DNA of 64,000 bases, from positions 124,001 to 188,000 of the IMG/VR virus record IMGVR_UViG_3300042261_002390, one strand, 5' to 3'. Positions 1 through 9,500 of this stretch are shown here, one piece after another; the stretch's first letter is position 1; every line of letters begins with the position of its first letter. Both the position numbers and the translations under genes were made by a program. Below the pieces are notes generated by a model. That model was not told where the DNA came from and made no database searches. It saw only the letters and a program-made list of their open reading frames with translations.

Positions 1-1
1 C

Positions 2-1567
2 TCTGCATTGATTGAAAAATATAATAAAGAAGAAATGAAGCCACCATTTATGGCTGTTGATGATGATGGTGAATCGTTATCTTGTTTAAATCTCTCTCGT
101 ATTAATTATGCTACATTGGCATTGGAGAAGGATAAAAAAACTGGTGAAATGAAAGAAAAAGTCAAATTAACTGGTAATACTATTAAATCTAAAACGATGC
201 CGGAATATATTGAAGAATTTATTGATAAAGGATTGAATATGATTCTTCACGGACAGGGTAAAGAATTTGTTGAATATTATTATGACTATTGTGATAATAT
301 TCGTTACATGCAAATTCCATTGAAAAAGATTGCTAGTAAGAGTAAAATTAAGACTACATTAGCTGCATACCGTAAACGTGGTAAGGATAAGAATGGTAGA
401 GAAAAAGGTATGCAGGCACACATGGAATTATTGTTGGAGAAACGAGATAAATTGTGTGAAGAATTGTTTGAAAAACATAAAGATAATTTCGATTTAAAAA
501 AATACGAAAAGAAGGGTATTACCATAGAAGATAAAATGAAATTAGTTTCAGACTATATGCCACCAGAACCACCGTTGGATAGCGTAGTGTATTATGTGAA
601 TACTGGTTACAAAAAATCACATGGCGATTCTAGAATGATTACTGATAAATTTACTGGCAAAGAAAGATTTTGTGCAACTTTAATTGATACTGAAGATTTG
701 ATTGAAAATCCAAATATGCTTGGTGGATATAATTATGAAAAATATTTAGATGCATTCAATAAGCGTGTTGAAACACTATTGGCAGGATTTGACGTTGAAA
801 CTCAAAAGAAGGTTTTGGTTAAAATAGCTAAAAAAGATAATGAGAAGTTAGAAATTAATGCTGGTGATTTAATTAAGGAAGACTTCATTTCGAGTGACTT
901 AGTGTTGAGAAATTTTGATGCTGACGATTTTGATGAATCAATGTATTTGGAAGAACTTGAAGTTATGTTTTGGAATAAAACCGGATATGACCCAAGACTT
1001 ATTTGGAATGGTTTTAAGATGCGTGATGATATGCAAGTATATTACGAGATATATGAGAATGCATTGAATCATTTGAACGATTTAATGACTAAATCAGGTA
1101 AACCAAAAATTAAATCAATTAATGAGCAATATGGTGATGGTGATTTGGTCTTAATTAAAGATGGTGGTGAGTATCGTGTTGGATTATTCAACGGAACATA
1201 TCTTCAAATCATCAAAGAAAATGTTAATGTGCCTAAATCCGAAATCGAATTGGAACTTGATAGAAAATATGAAGAGGCATTAAAGAAGATTGAAGATTTA
1301 AAAGAAAATGAGATGTCAGTTAAAAGTGCTGATGATATTAGGTTAGAAGCAATTGAAATTGAGCGTGAAGAATATTATCCTGAATTTTTGAAAAATTTTG
1401 GATTAAATATTGAAAATTATCCTATGGTTAGATTATTTGCTGAAGTACCTGAATCAGTTGGTGCATTAGATACTTTTATCAAGAATGCAAAGAAGGGCGG
1501 TGGCGATTTTGATGACAATGAAGATAATGAAAGTTATCCGGATGTTGATGCTGATAATGAATATTGA
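2..1567 (+). CDS. Family-B DNA polymerase, C-terminal part (5' end outside window)
   Basis: Frame open from the window start. Late palm/thumb-like segments (LSRINYA, KVKLTGNTIKSK, YVNTG, YNYEKYLDAFNKRVETLL) resemble large-phage PolB. Catalytic motifs are not in the window. Confidence 0.7.
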   Translation, partial: SALIEKYNKEEMKPPFMAVDDDGESLSCLNLSRINYATLALEKDKKTGEMKEKVKLTGNTIKSKTMPEYIEEFIDKGLNMILHGQGKEFVEYYYDYCDNIRYMQIPLKKIASKSKIKTTLAAYRKRGKDKNGREKGMQAHMELLLEKRDKLCEELFEKHKDNFDLKKYEKKGITIEDKMKLVSDYMPPEPPLDSVVYYVNTGYKKSHGDSRMITDKFTGKERFCATLIDTEDLIENPNMLGGYNYEKYLDAFNKRVETLLAGFDVETQKKVLVKIAKKDNEKLEINAGDLIKEDFISSDLVLRNFDADDFDESMYLEELEVMFWNKTGYDPRLIWNGFKMRDDMQVYYEIYENALNHLNDLMTKSGKPKIKSINEQYGDGDLVLIKDGGEYRVGLFNGTYLQIIKENVNVPKSEIELELDRKYEEALKKIEDLKENEMSVKSADDIRLEAIEIEREEYYPEFLKNFGLNIENYPMVRLFAEVPESVGALDTFIKNAKKGGGDFDDNEDNESYPDVDADNEY

Positions 1568-1576
1568 TAATTTGTA

Positions 1577-1585
1577 GTATTTATA
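1577..1585 (+). promoter_or_regulatory. Putative phage late promoter GTATTTATA
   Basis: Intergenic, 15 nt before the ATG at 1601. The motif recurs before many genes. Confidence 0.65.
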
Positions 1586-1600
1586 TGAAAATAGTTTGTT

Positions 1601-2218
1601 ATGGAATTTAAAAAGAAAGAACTAACTGAAATTATTGGAAGTGATGGCAATTTGATTGGTAATAGTGGCATCCCAACAAACGGTGCTGACCTTGAATCAC
1701 AAGCCAATAATACTACAGATTATAATGCCAAAATCGGAGTACAACCATTCAGGTATGATATGTTGGGTCGATTTGGTTTTACGCTTATGCCGTTTTTAGA
1801 GGGTAAAGAAAGCCAAGAACAACTTGAACTTTTAAAGGATTTGGATGAAATGTTATCCGATGGATATAAAGAAATTCTCGAACATTATTATAAGAATCCA
1901 AATAAGCTTAAATCAGATTATCGTAAACTTGTTGATGGAAAGGGTGAAATTGACCTTGATGGTAGTTCGATTAATTCTAAGAAAATTGTCAAAATTATTG
2001 AAAAGCACTTCGAAAATGCTTTTGATAAAGAACCAAAAACAATTGATGAAGCAGTCGTTGCTGAAGATAAAATGGTTGATAAATCTGAAGATGAAATGAG
2101 TAGAAAGAGCGAAAATAACGATGTTCGTGAAAAGAAGCTTGAAAAGATTGCCGGGTTGATAAATAAGCTTGATAAAAAAGATATTGATAAGCTTATGACT
2201 TTGCTGGAAGTTAAATAA
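1601..2218 (+). CDS. Hypothetical protein, possibly head-internal
   Basis: 205-aa ORF after the late motif, with acidic/IxE-type segments (TIDEA, VAED). Confidence 0.75.
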   Translation: MEFKKKELTEIIGSDGNLIGNSGIPTNGADLESQANNTTDYNAKIGVQPFRYDMLGRFGFTLMPFLEGKESQEQLELLKDLDEMLSDGYKEILEHYYKNPNKLKSDYRKLVDGKGEIDLDGSSINSKKIVKIIEKHFENAFDKEPKTIDEAVVAEDKMVDKSEDEMSRKSENNDVREKKLEKIAGLINKLDKKDIDKLMTLLEVK

Positions 2219-2246
2219 ATTTTATACGTAAAAACATATAATATTA

Positions 2247-3026
2247 ATGGCAAATTCACAATTATACGGAAATACATATAAAATCCCTTCTGAGGTCTTA
2301 AAAACTATTCAAGCAACACTTGTATCAAAACCATCGGGCGAAGGTGTCAGAAGGGCTAAATTCATGCTTAAAAACGGTGTTATCTCTTATCAGGCAATGA
2401 AGAGATTAAAAAATTATTTTGATTATTATAATCCACAAACTGACGATAAAATTCAATACGCATTAGCAGGAGGTGATTTAATGAAATCATTCATTGATAG
2501 AACATTAAATGCTAATAGGGATGCTGTTCAACGTTCGAAAGATGTACGTCGAGATATGACAACTAATCCAAATTCAGAGTTGAAACCATATCAAACACCC
2601 AGACTTAATGAAAATGAGAAAAAAAAGAAGCCTAAAGAAAACGCTATTGCAGTAATTGTTGACAATGATAATAAAATTTTGTTGTTAAAACGTGCAGATG
2701 AACCCGGGACTTGGATGCCGAATAAATATGCTTTTGTTGGTGGTGGTATTGAAAAGGGTGAAACTCCTGAAGAAGCATGTAAACGTGAAATACAGGAAGA
2801 AACAAAACTAGATATTGATAAATTTATCAAATCGTTCAGTATTCAAAAGCATGAAAGTAGTATTGAGTATGTTTTCGTATGTAGATATACTGGTGAACCT
2901 ACTGATGTTGAATTAAACGATGAGAATACTAATTATGGATGGTTTAGTATTTCTGAAATAGAATATCTTGATATTGTACCTCATTTAATGGAATATTTGA
3001 CAATTATTTTTAAAGAATATGAATAA
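2247..3026 (+). CDS. Nudix hydrolase with N-terminal phage domain
   Basis: Nudix box GGGIEKGETPEEACKREIQEETKL in the C-terminal half. An RLNENE linker precedes the domain. Confidence 0.9.
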   Translation: MANSQLYGNTYKIPSEVLKTIQATLVSKPSGEGVRRAKFMLKNGVISYQAMKRLKNYFDYYNPQTDDKIQYALAGGDLMKSFIDRTLNANRDAVQRSKDVRRDMTTNPNSELKPYQTPRLNENEKKKKPKENAIAVIVDNDNKILLLKRADEPGTWMPNKYAFVGGGIEKGETPEEACKREIQEETKLDIDKFIKSFSIQKHESSIEYVFVCRYTGEPTDVELNDENTNYGWFSISEIEYLDIVPHLMEYLTIIFKEYE

Positions 3027-3029
3027 TGT

Positions 3030-3290
3030 ATGGTTGGAGTTTATTTAATATTAAATATTAATACTAATAAAGTGTACGTCGGAAGCTCAGTTAATATTGA
3101 AAGGAGGATAAGAAAACATTTTAATGGTGAGAAATCGCCGAGAGCTAAATTAACCAATGAAATTGTTTTAAAAATTAGAAAACAGTGGGCTGATAAGGAA
3201 TATAGTTGTAAAGAATTAAGTTTAATGTATAAGATACATGAAAGAACTGTTAAAAAAATAATTTATCGTGAAAGATGGAAACAAATATAA
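3030..3290 (+). pseudogene. Internally deleted GIY-YIG homing endonuclease
   Basis: GVYLI...VYVGSS...RR..KH N-terminus joined directly to a C-terminal HTH (AKLTNEIV...TVKKII.RERW). The segment carrying the catalytic Glu is absent. Confidence 0.65.
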
Positions 3291-3333
3291 TTTGTATTTA
3301 TAATAAATAAATTTAAACTAAAAACGTAATACG

Positions 3334-3573
3334 ATGAGTAGACTTGAAGAAATTAATGCACAATACAGAACTTGTAGTACTGCAAGGAATGATTACAACA
3401 ATAATGACGAATATACCGCAGGTAACCCTGACGCATTATCAACTGGTGATGAAAAAGGTAAGGGTGAAGTGAATGGTCAGGTTGGTAGTGCGACAGACAT
3501 TAAAGTAAGACAAACTTTGATGACCAAAAATAAATTTAATAAGAATAAAGAATACAACGCAGGTACTGCATAA
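3334..3573 (+). CDS. Hypothetical protein
   Basis: 79-aa ORF, GTATTTATA at 3294-3302, coupled to the next gene (TAATG). Confidence 0.75.
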   Translation: MSRLEEINAQYRTCSTARNDYNNNDEYTAGNPDALSTGDEKGKGEVNGQVGSATDIKVRQTLMTKNKFNKNKEYNAGTA

Positions 3574-4523
3574 TGTCAGAAGAAAAGAAAATACTGTTCG
3601 AAAACATTAAAATTTTCCGTCACATAATAAATGAGGCTGTTGGCGGTGATGCTGCTATTCTTGATGCTATTGAGAATCATGAATGGATATATCTATATTA
3701 TGCCGGGGATGAAAATAGTGCAAAAGGATATCGTACAATCAGACCCTATGTTTTAGGTACAAACAAAAGTGGTAATAAGGTATTAAGAGCATGGCAAGAC
3801 AATAAAAAAAATAGCTGGCATTTTGATAATAAACCAACTAGAGATGATAGCAAGTATCATGATTATTGGACTGACCATGAGGGTGAAAAACCGGGATGGA
3901 GAATGTTTCGTGTTGATAAAATATCCCAAATATTACCGATTGGTAGAAAATTTGTGGATAGTAATGGGAATGTCATGATTCCTTCAGGATATCGTGAAGG
4001 TGACGATGATAACATGACATCAATAATTGCATATGTTTCAACAGATAGAGAACCTGAAGAAAAAATAACACATGCATTTGATGCTGCAGTTGGCGAACCT
4101 GAACAAACAAGCGGAATTAATTGGAATAGTATTGCAAGGGGTAATAAAAATCGAAGAAAGATAACCAAATACGATGTTGAAACTTTAAGTAGATTAGCTA
4201 CTAAATTTCATAAAAGAAGTAAAGGAAATTATGTGGTAGTTATTGATGATAAAAACCAATTTCAATTATTAACTCAAAACCAATTAAATAGTTCAGCTAA
4301 AAAGGGCATTACAATTCCAGATAATGCTATTGTTGGTAGATTGTCAAATTTATATGATACTTTAGTTCGAGGAAAAAATGAACCTGTCGATGATACTTGG
4401 TTCAAAAATCAAAAACAAGGCAGTCAAATGCCGGAACGAACAACACAAGAACCTCAAAACGAAATAAAGGAAAATAATTTACCATCAATTCCATTCGATA
4501 AAAAGTCTTTTTTCAAACAATAA
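3573..4523 (+). CDS. WYL-domain protein
   Basis: IYLYY...GYRTIRPYVLG...VLRAWQ...GWRMFRVDKI fits the WYL SH3-like pattern. No HTH seen. Confidence 0.75.
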   Translation: MSEEKKILFENIKIFRHIINEAVGGDAAILDAIENHEWIYLYYAGDENSAKGYRTIRPYVLGTNKSGNKVLRAWQDNKKNSWHFDNKPTRDDSKYHDYWTDHEGEKPGWRMFRVDKISQILPIGRKFVDSNGNVMIPSGYREGDDDNMTSIIAYVSTDREPEEKITHAFDAAVGEPEQTSGINWNSIARGNKNRRKITKYDVETLSRLATKFHKRSKGNYVVVIDDKNQFQLLTQNQLNSSAKKGITIPDNAIVGRLSNLYDTLVRGKNEPVDDTWFKNQKQGSQMPERTTQEPQNEIKENNLPSIPFDKKSFFKQ

Positions 4524-4555
4524 TGTATTTATAAAAAACAATAAAATTTTATAAA

Positions 4556-5218
4556 ATGGCAAATGTTATTAATTTAAATAAACTCAGAGATGAGATAGAT
4601 AATCGAAAGAAAGAAAAAAATATTCCGACAACACCAACAAGTAGTGGTCAGGTAGGTGCGTCGCCACGTCATGCATTTTTAAATGGATTGCTTGAATCGA
4701 TTAATACGGGTAGAGAAACAAATGCAAGTGCATTAATAAAAACTGTTGAAAATAAGGTTGCTGAAAAAAATGGTGAAACACCTAAAATTAGTGCTCCTAG
4801 AAGTATTCAAACTGAACAAGCACCTCGTCATATTCCACAAAGAATTAATGAAGTTGAAATGTCACCAGAAAGGGATGAGCAATTATTTGTTGATTTAGAG
4901 AAAAGAAGAAATAAGACATTGGCTGAGTCGATTGCATCATATTCTCATGCACCAATGGTCGGTGCACCAATGAATAATCAAGTGCAACCCACGAATATCA
5001 ATGAAGGTTATTTGGTTGAAAATGTAAAAAAAATTATCGACAATTATTTGGTTGAAAATTTTGCTCCTGTCATTGAAGAAACAATAAAAAGTACTATTAT
5101 TGAAATGTATGCCGTTGAAAGAATTAAAGAAGTACTTCACGAAAATAAAGATTTGATTCGAACGGTTGTAATTGAAACTATCAGGGAAATACAAGCAAAA
5201 TCAAAAGCAAAAGGATAG
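4556..5218 (+). CDS. Hypothetical protein, possibly head-internal
   Basis: 220-aa ORF after GTATTTATA (4525-4533), with repeated INE/LVE motifs. Confidence 0.75.
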   Translation: MANVINLNKLRDEIDNRKKEKNIPTTPTSSGQVGASPRHAFLNGLLESINTGRETNASALIKTVENKVAEKNGETPKISAPRSIQTEQAPRHIPQRINEVEMSPERDEQLFVDLEKRRNKTLAESIASYSHAPMVGAPMNNQVQPTNINEGYLVENVKKIIDNYLVENFAPVIEETIKSTIIEMYAVERIKEVLHENKDLIRTVVIETIREIQAKSKAKG

Positions 5219-5227
5219 TAATAAACT

Positions 5228-5256
5228 AAAAGCGCAATAAGAATTGCGCTTTTTTT
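5228..5256 (+). terminator. Intrinsic terminator
   Basis: AAAAGCGCAAT-aaga-ATTGCGCT-TTTTTT hairpin plus U-tract. Confidence 0.85.
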
Positions 5257-5259
5257 ATC

Positions 5260-6554
5260 ATTATTGTTTTTCTTTTCATAAATTTTTAGTATTTATGTAT
5301 GTTATTACATACGAAATGTTGAAAGCAATTAAAATAAGATTATATTTAAATCAAGAACAAGTTAATTATGTGAATAATTTGCTTGGTACTTCTCGTTTTA
5401 TCTATAATAATTTACTTGCTTATAGGATTGAAAAATATGATAAAGATAAACGCAGTGTTTCTTTTGGAGAACTAGGTAAAAAACTAGTTGAATTAAAATC
5501 TGAACATGAATGGATAAAAAATAGTCATTCAAAAGTTTTGCAACAATCTATGATTAATTTAGATGTTGCATATAAATCGTTTTATAAAAACGGTAATGGT
5601 TTTCCTAAATTTAAATCAAAAAAAGACAATAAACAAAGTTGTAGATTTCCTTCTGATGCTATTGGTAGAATTAAAGGAAATAGAATAAATATCGTTAAAC
5701 AGCTTAAAGATATTCATTTTAAATGTAGCACTAAAGATGAAATATTTTTAAATTACAATCAAAAATTAATTAAATCTGCAACACTAGCAAAAACCAAATC
5801 TAATTGTTATTATTTGAGCATTTTAATTGAAGATAATAGAACAAAGCAATTACCAAAAACAGATAATATTATTGGTTTAGATTTGGGGATAAAGGATTTT
5901 ATTATAACTAGCGAAGGTGAAGTATTTGAGAATATTAAAATTAGACGAAATAATCAAAAGAAATTAGTTAGACTTAACAGACAATTATCAAAAAAAACTA
6001 ATGGCAGTAAGAACAAAAACAAAGCAAGAATTAGATTAGCAAAATTTCATGAGAAATTAAATAACAAAAAAGAAAATTACTTGCATTTAATTACTAATCG
6101 ATTACTTAATGAAAATCAAGTTATAGTTATTGAAGATTTAAATGTAAAAGGAATGTTAAAAAATCATTGTTTAGCAAAATCAATACAAGAGTTAAGTTTA
6201 AATAGGTTTAAGAATATTTTAGTTTATAAATGTCATTGGTATGGAAGGGATTTAGTCGAGATTGACAGATATTATCCTTCTTCAAAGTTATGTAATTATT
6301 GTGGCTATAAGAATGATGAACTGACATTGAAAGACAGAGAATGGGTTTGTCCAGAATGTAAAACTCATCATGATAGGGACATAAATGCTGCAATTAATAT
6401 AGGAAAAGAAGGAAAAAGAATTTTATTAATTAGAGAAAATAAAATAAATATAGGGTTGAGTTCACCCGAATTAACGCCTTTGGACAGTCGTGGTTACACA
6501 CTGGATGAATTAGGAAAAGAATGTAATTATAACGAATTTATGTGATTACGGAAC
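5260..6554 (+). mobile_element. Non-autonomous IS605/IS1341-like element (tnpB only); ends approximate
   Basis: tnpB with no adjacent tnpA, lying between a terminator and the promoter of the next gene. Confidence 0.6.
5316..6545 (+). CDS. tnpB: IS200/IS605-family RNA-guided endonuclease TnpB
   Basis: N-terminal MLKAIKIRLY HTH, FPKFKSKK, RuvC-I GLDLGIKD, RuvC-II IEDL, zinc finger CNYC/CPEC, RuvC-III DRDINAAINI. Likely start is the ATG at 5316. Confidence 0.95.
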   Translation: MLKAIKIRLYLNQEQVNYVNNLLGTSRFIYNNLLAYRIEKYDKDKRSVSFGELGKKLVELKSEHEWIKNSHSKVLQQSMINLDVAYKSFYKNGNGFPKFKSKKDNKQSCRFPSDAIGRIKGNRINIVKQLKDIHFKCSTKDEIFLNYNQKLIKSATLAKTKSNCYYLSILIEDNRTKQLPKTDNIIGLDLGIKDFIITSEGEVFENIKIRRNNQKKLVRLNRQLSKKTNGSKNKNKARIRLAKFHEKLNNKKENYLHLITNRLLNENQVIVIEDLNVKGMLKNHCLAKSIQELSLNRFKNILVYKCHWYGRDLVEIDRYYPSSKLCNYCGYKNDELTLKDREWVCPECKTHHDRDINAAINIGKEGKRILLIRENKINIGLSSPELTPLDSRGYTLDELGKECNYNEFM

Positions 6555-6575
6555 TATTTATGGTTATATGAAATA
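6445..6575 (+). ncRNA. Probable omega/reRNA overlapping the tnpB 3' end
   Basis: TnpB guide RNAs are known to overlap the gene 3' end. A locally GC-richer hairpin (GGGTTGAGTTCACCC) follows RuvC-III. Boundaries are inferred. Confidence 0.5.
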
Positions 6576-6583
6576 ATTGTGTT

Positions 6584-9500
6584 ATGACATACGAAGAATT
6601 CAGAGAAAAATTTTTACCAGAATTTAGTAAAATCAGGACATTTGCGGGAAAAATTAGATATGCAGACCAATACTTAACTAAAATAGGTGCTGGAACTGGT
6701 CGTGCTGTTTATGATATTGACGGCAGTAAGGTATTAAAAGTTGCTAAAAATCCCAAAGGCGTTGCTCAAAATGAAGTTGAAGCACCACTTGGTGATGATT
6801 ATTATATTAAAGATGTTGTTACTGAAGTATTTGATAGTGCCGATGATGATAGCTGGATAATTGCAGAAAAAGCAAAAAAGGTTAATGAAAGTAGAATTAA
6901 ACAATTAACTGGTATACCAAGTTTGGTTAGATTATATACATTTTTAAAATATGTTTATGAACAAAGTGTAAAACCAAATCGAAATAACCCAACTAGATTA
7001 AATCAAAATGAAATAGATTTTTTTTATGAAAATGAATTTGCTTCTGGTTTGGCTGATTTAATTGGTAGTTATGAACATTCGTATGGTGATATGGGTAGAC
7101 CAAGCAGTTATGGCGAAGTTTTGCGTAATGGTCAACCAACAATAGTTTTAACTGATTATGGATTGAACGATGAGGTATATTCACAACACTATGATAGAAG
7201 TAGAAAAAAAGGGTATCGTATGTATGAATTATATCAGTTTGCTGATGGTAATGATGACATGCTTTCAGATATTGGTAATACCGGGGAAGTTCGTCATGTT
7301 ATGTGGGCACAAGTACCATATAGCGTAGGTGATGGTGATGGCGTTATTAATGAAGAATTTGTACATTTTGTATCGAATCGTGACTATTATCCTGAAAAAC
7401 CTTTGGAAACAATGCCATATTTGGTTGAAAATTTCCACGAATGTATTAATAATTTGAAGGAAGCATTAAATGTTGCAAAGGATAAGAAACATTTTTATAG
7501 TAATTTATTGAAACTCCAAGAATATTTAACTAATCAAGGTTGGTTTAATAGAGAACCACTTGGTGAGTTATACGAGGTTGATAATAAAAAAATTAATGAA
7601 AGTTTAGATATTAAATTAGCTAATGAGGTTGCATTGGAAGTTGCACAGATTAAAGGTTTTAATGAGCCTAAATACTTAGGTTCTGGCAATTTTGGTGTTG
7701 CTTATGATATTGGTGATGGTAAGGTGTTAAAAATTACTACAGACCATACGGAAGCTAATGAAAATATAGGTTTATTAGGTAAACCATTAAAATATATTGC
7801 AAAACCATTTAATGTATATAAAATCGAATCAGAAAGTGGTAGAGTTGATGACGATACTTATGCAATAGTACTTGAAAAACTTCAAACTGATGTTGAAAAA
7901 TTTACTAAATTAAGACAGCGATTAGATTATGCGTTTGGTAAAATATTGGATTTAAGTCTTGCTGATGTTTTGGCTGATTATGTTGCTGATTATATTAATC
8001 CCGGGGATATGAGAAGAATTGAAGCTTATATGAAGAAGAACCCAATAGATGCTGAATTTTTCTATAGTTTGATTCATATTGCTGATGAAGCTAAATCATA
8101 TGGTGTTGATAGTATTGATTACATTAACCCGAAAAATCTCGGCTATATGCCTAGTGGAGCGATTGGTTTTTTTGATGTTGGATTTGGTAATGCATTCGTA
8201 CAACCCGACATACCAAAAATGAGTATTGGCGAAGATGGCGCAGCTAAATTTTCACAGACCGATTCTATTGGTCGTGATGATTTTCCAACATATGACCAAG
8301 ATAACGGCGATGACCCTATTGAGAACAATCTTGACGCTAATTCGGCAAATTATGTTGACGAAAGAGAAATGAAGTTCATGCCAAAAAGTAAGGGTGTTGA
8401 AGTTAAGAAGAAATGTAGATTAGGCGGGTTAGGTAATACTAGTGCAGCATGTAATCAAGGAGATATTAGTAATTTGAATATCAGTAGATTAGATGAAATT
8501 AATATCAGACATAATGAAACCGTTTGGGGTTGGGTATCACCAAATAACGAATTTATACGTGTTCCTAAACTAAATCATAGGGGATATATCATGAGAGTAT
8601 ATAAGGACTATGAATATAGCTGGGATTATGATAGAGTGTTTGATAAAGCAATTGAAGACGGATGGGTTAGAGTAATTTATGAATATTTCTCAGATAAATT
8701 TCGTGGCGAATTATCATTAAACGGATACGATAAAGATAGGGTGATTTCCGTATTTAAAACAATGTTTTATGATTTAGTTAAATATGGTGGTAATAGCATT
8801 TATTTGGAATATGAAAATCCTAAAGGCTATGATAGTTTTTATGCTGGCAATACTGAAGGTAGAAAAAAATTAAATGATTTTATTGGTATTACTGAAACAA
8901 TTAATGAAGAAATCCATGCTGATGATGCTAAGGAATATAACGATGCTATGCAAGCTATGCTTGATGGTAAAAAGGATGTATCAACAATTGCATTTAAAAT
9001 CAGACCTGCTTTGCGTGATGTTGTAACTCAAAATGATTTTGGTTTAATCCCGGTACAACAGGAAAGAAGTAATGTCGATATGAATATCGTTTATCGTAAA
9101 ACTTCAAGGGGTGAAGCTAATGCAAAACGATTGTATCAAATTATGATGAAACATGGTGGTTATGCTGCAGACCAAACACCTGATGAAGCACGTGAGATTG
9201 GTATGTTATTGGATTATAGTAATGATTCGATTAATCAATATATTGAAAATAAGTATGTTAATAAAATAGATGAAGGTATTTTTGACGATTTTGAAACTAG
9301 ATTCAGAGCACATAAAATAAGTAATGTTGAAAATGTGATATACCGTGAGTCTGATGGATATTTTATAATAAAAAATCCGAAATCATTACAACATATTACT
9401 CATAACGTTCGTGGTGTTATTACATCTTCAGGTGATTTATATGTGGAAAATTATGTGAAAAAAGTGCATAGTACTATTTTAATGATACTGAGTGATTTAG

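Noticed and set aside
5316-6545. Cas12f/Cas14 effector
   Set aside because: Typical IS605 TnpB architecture, with no adjacent array or cas genes.
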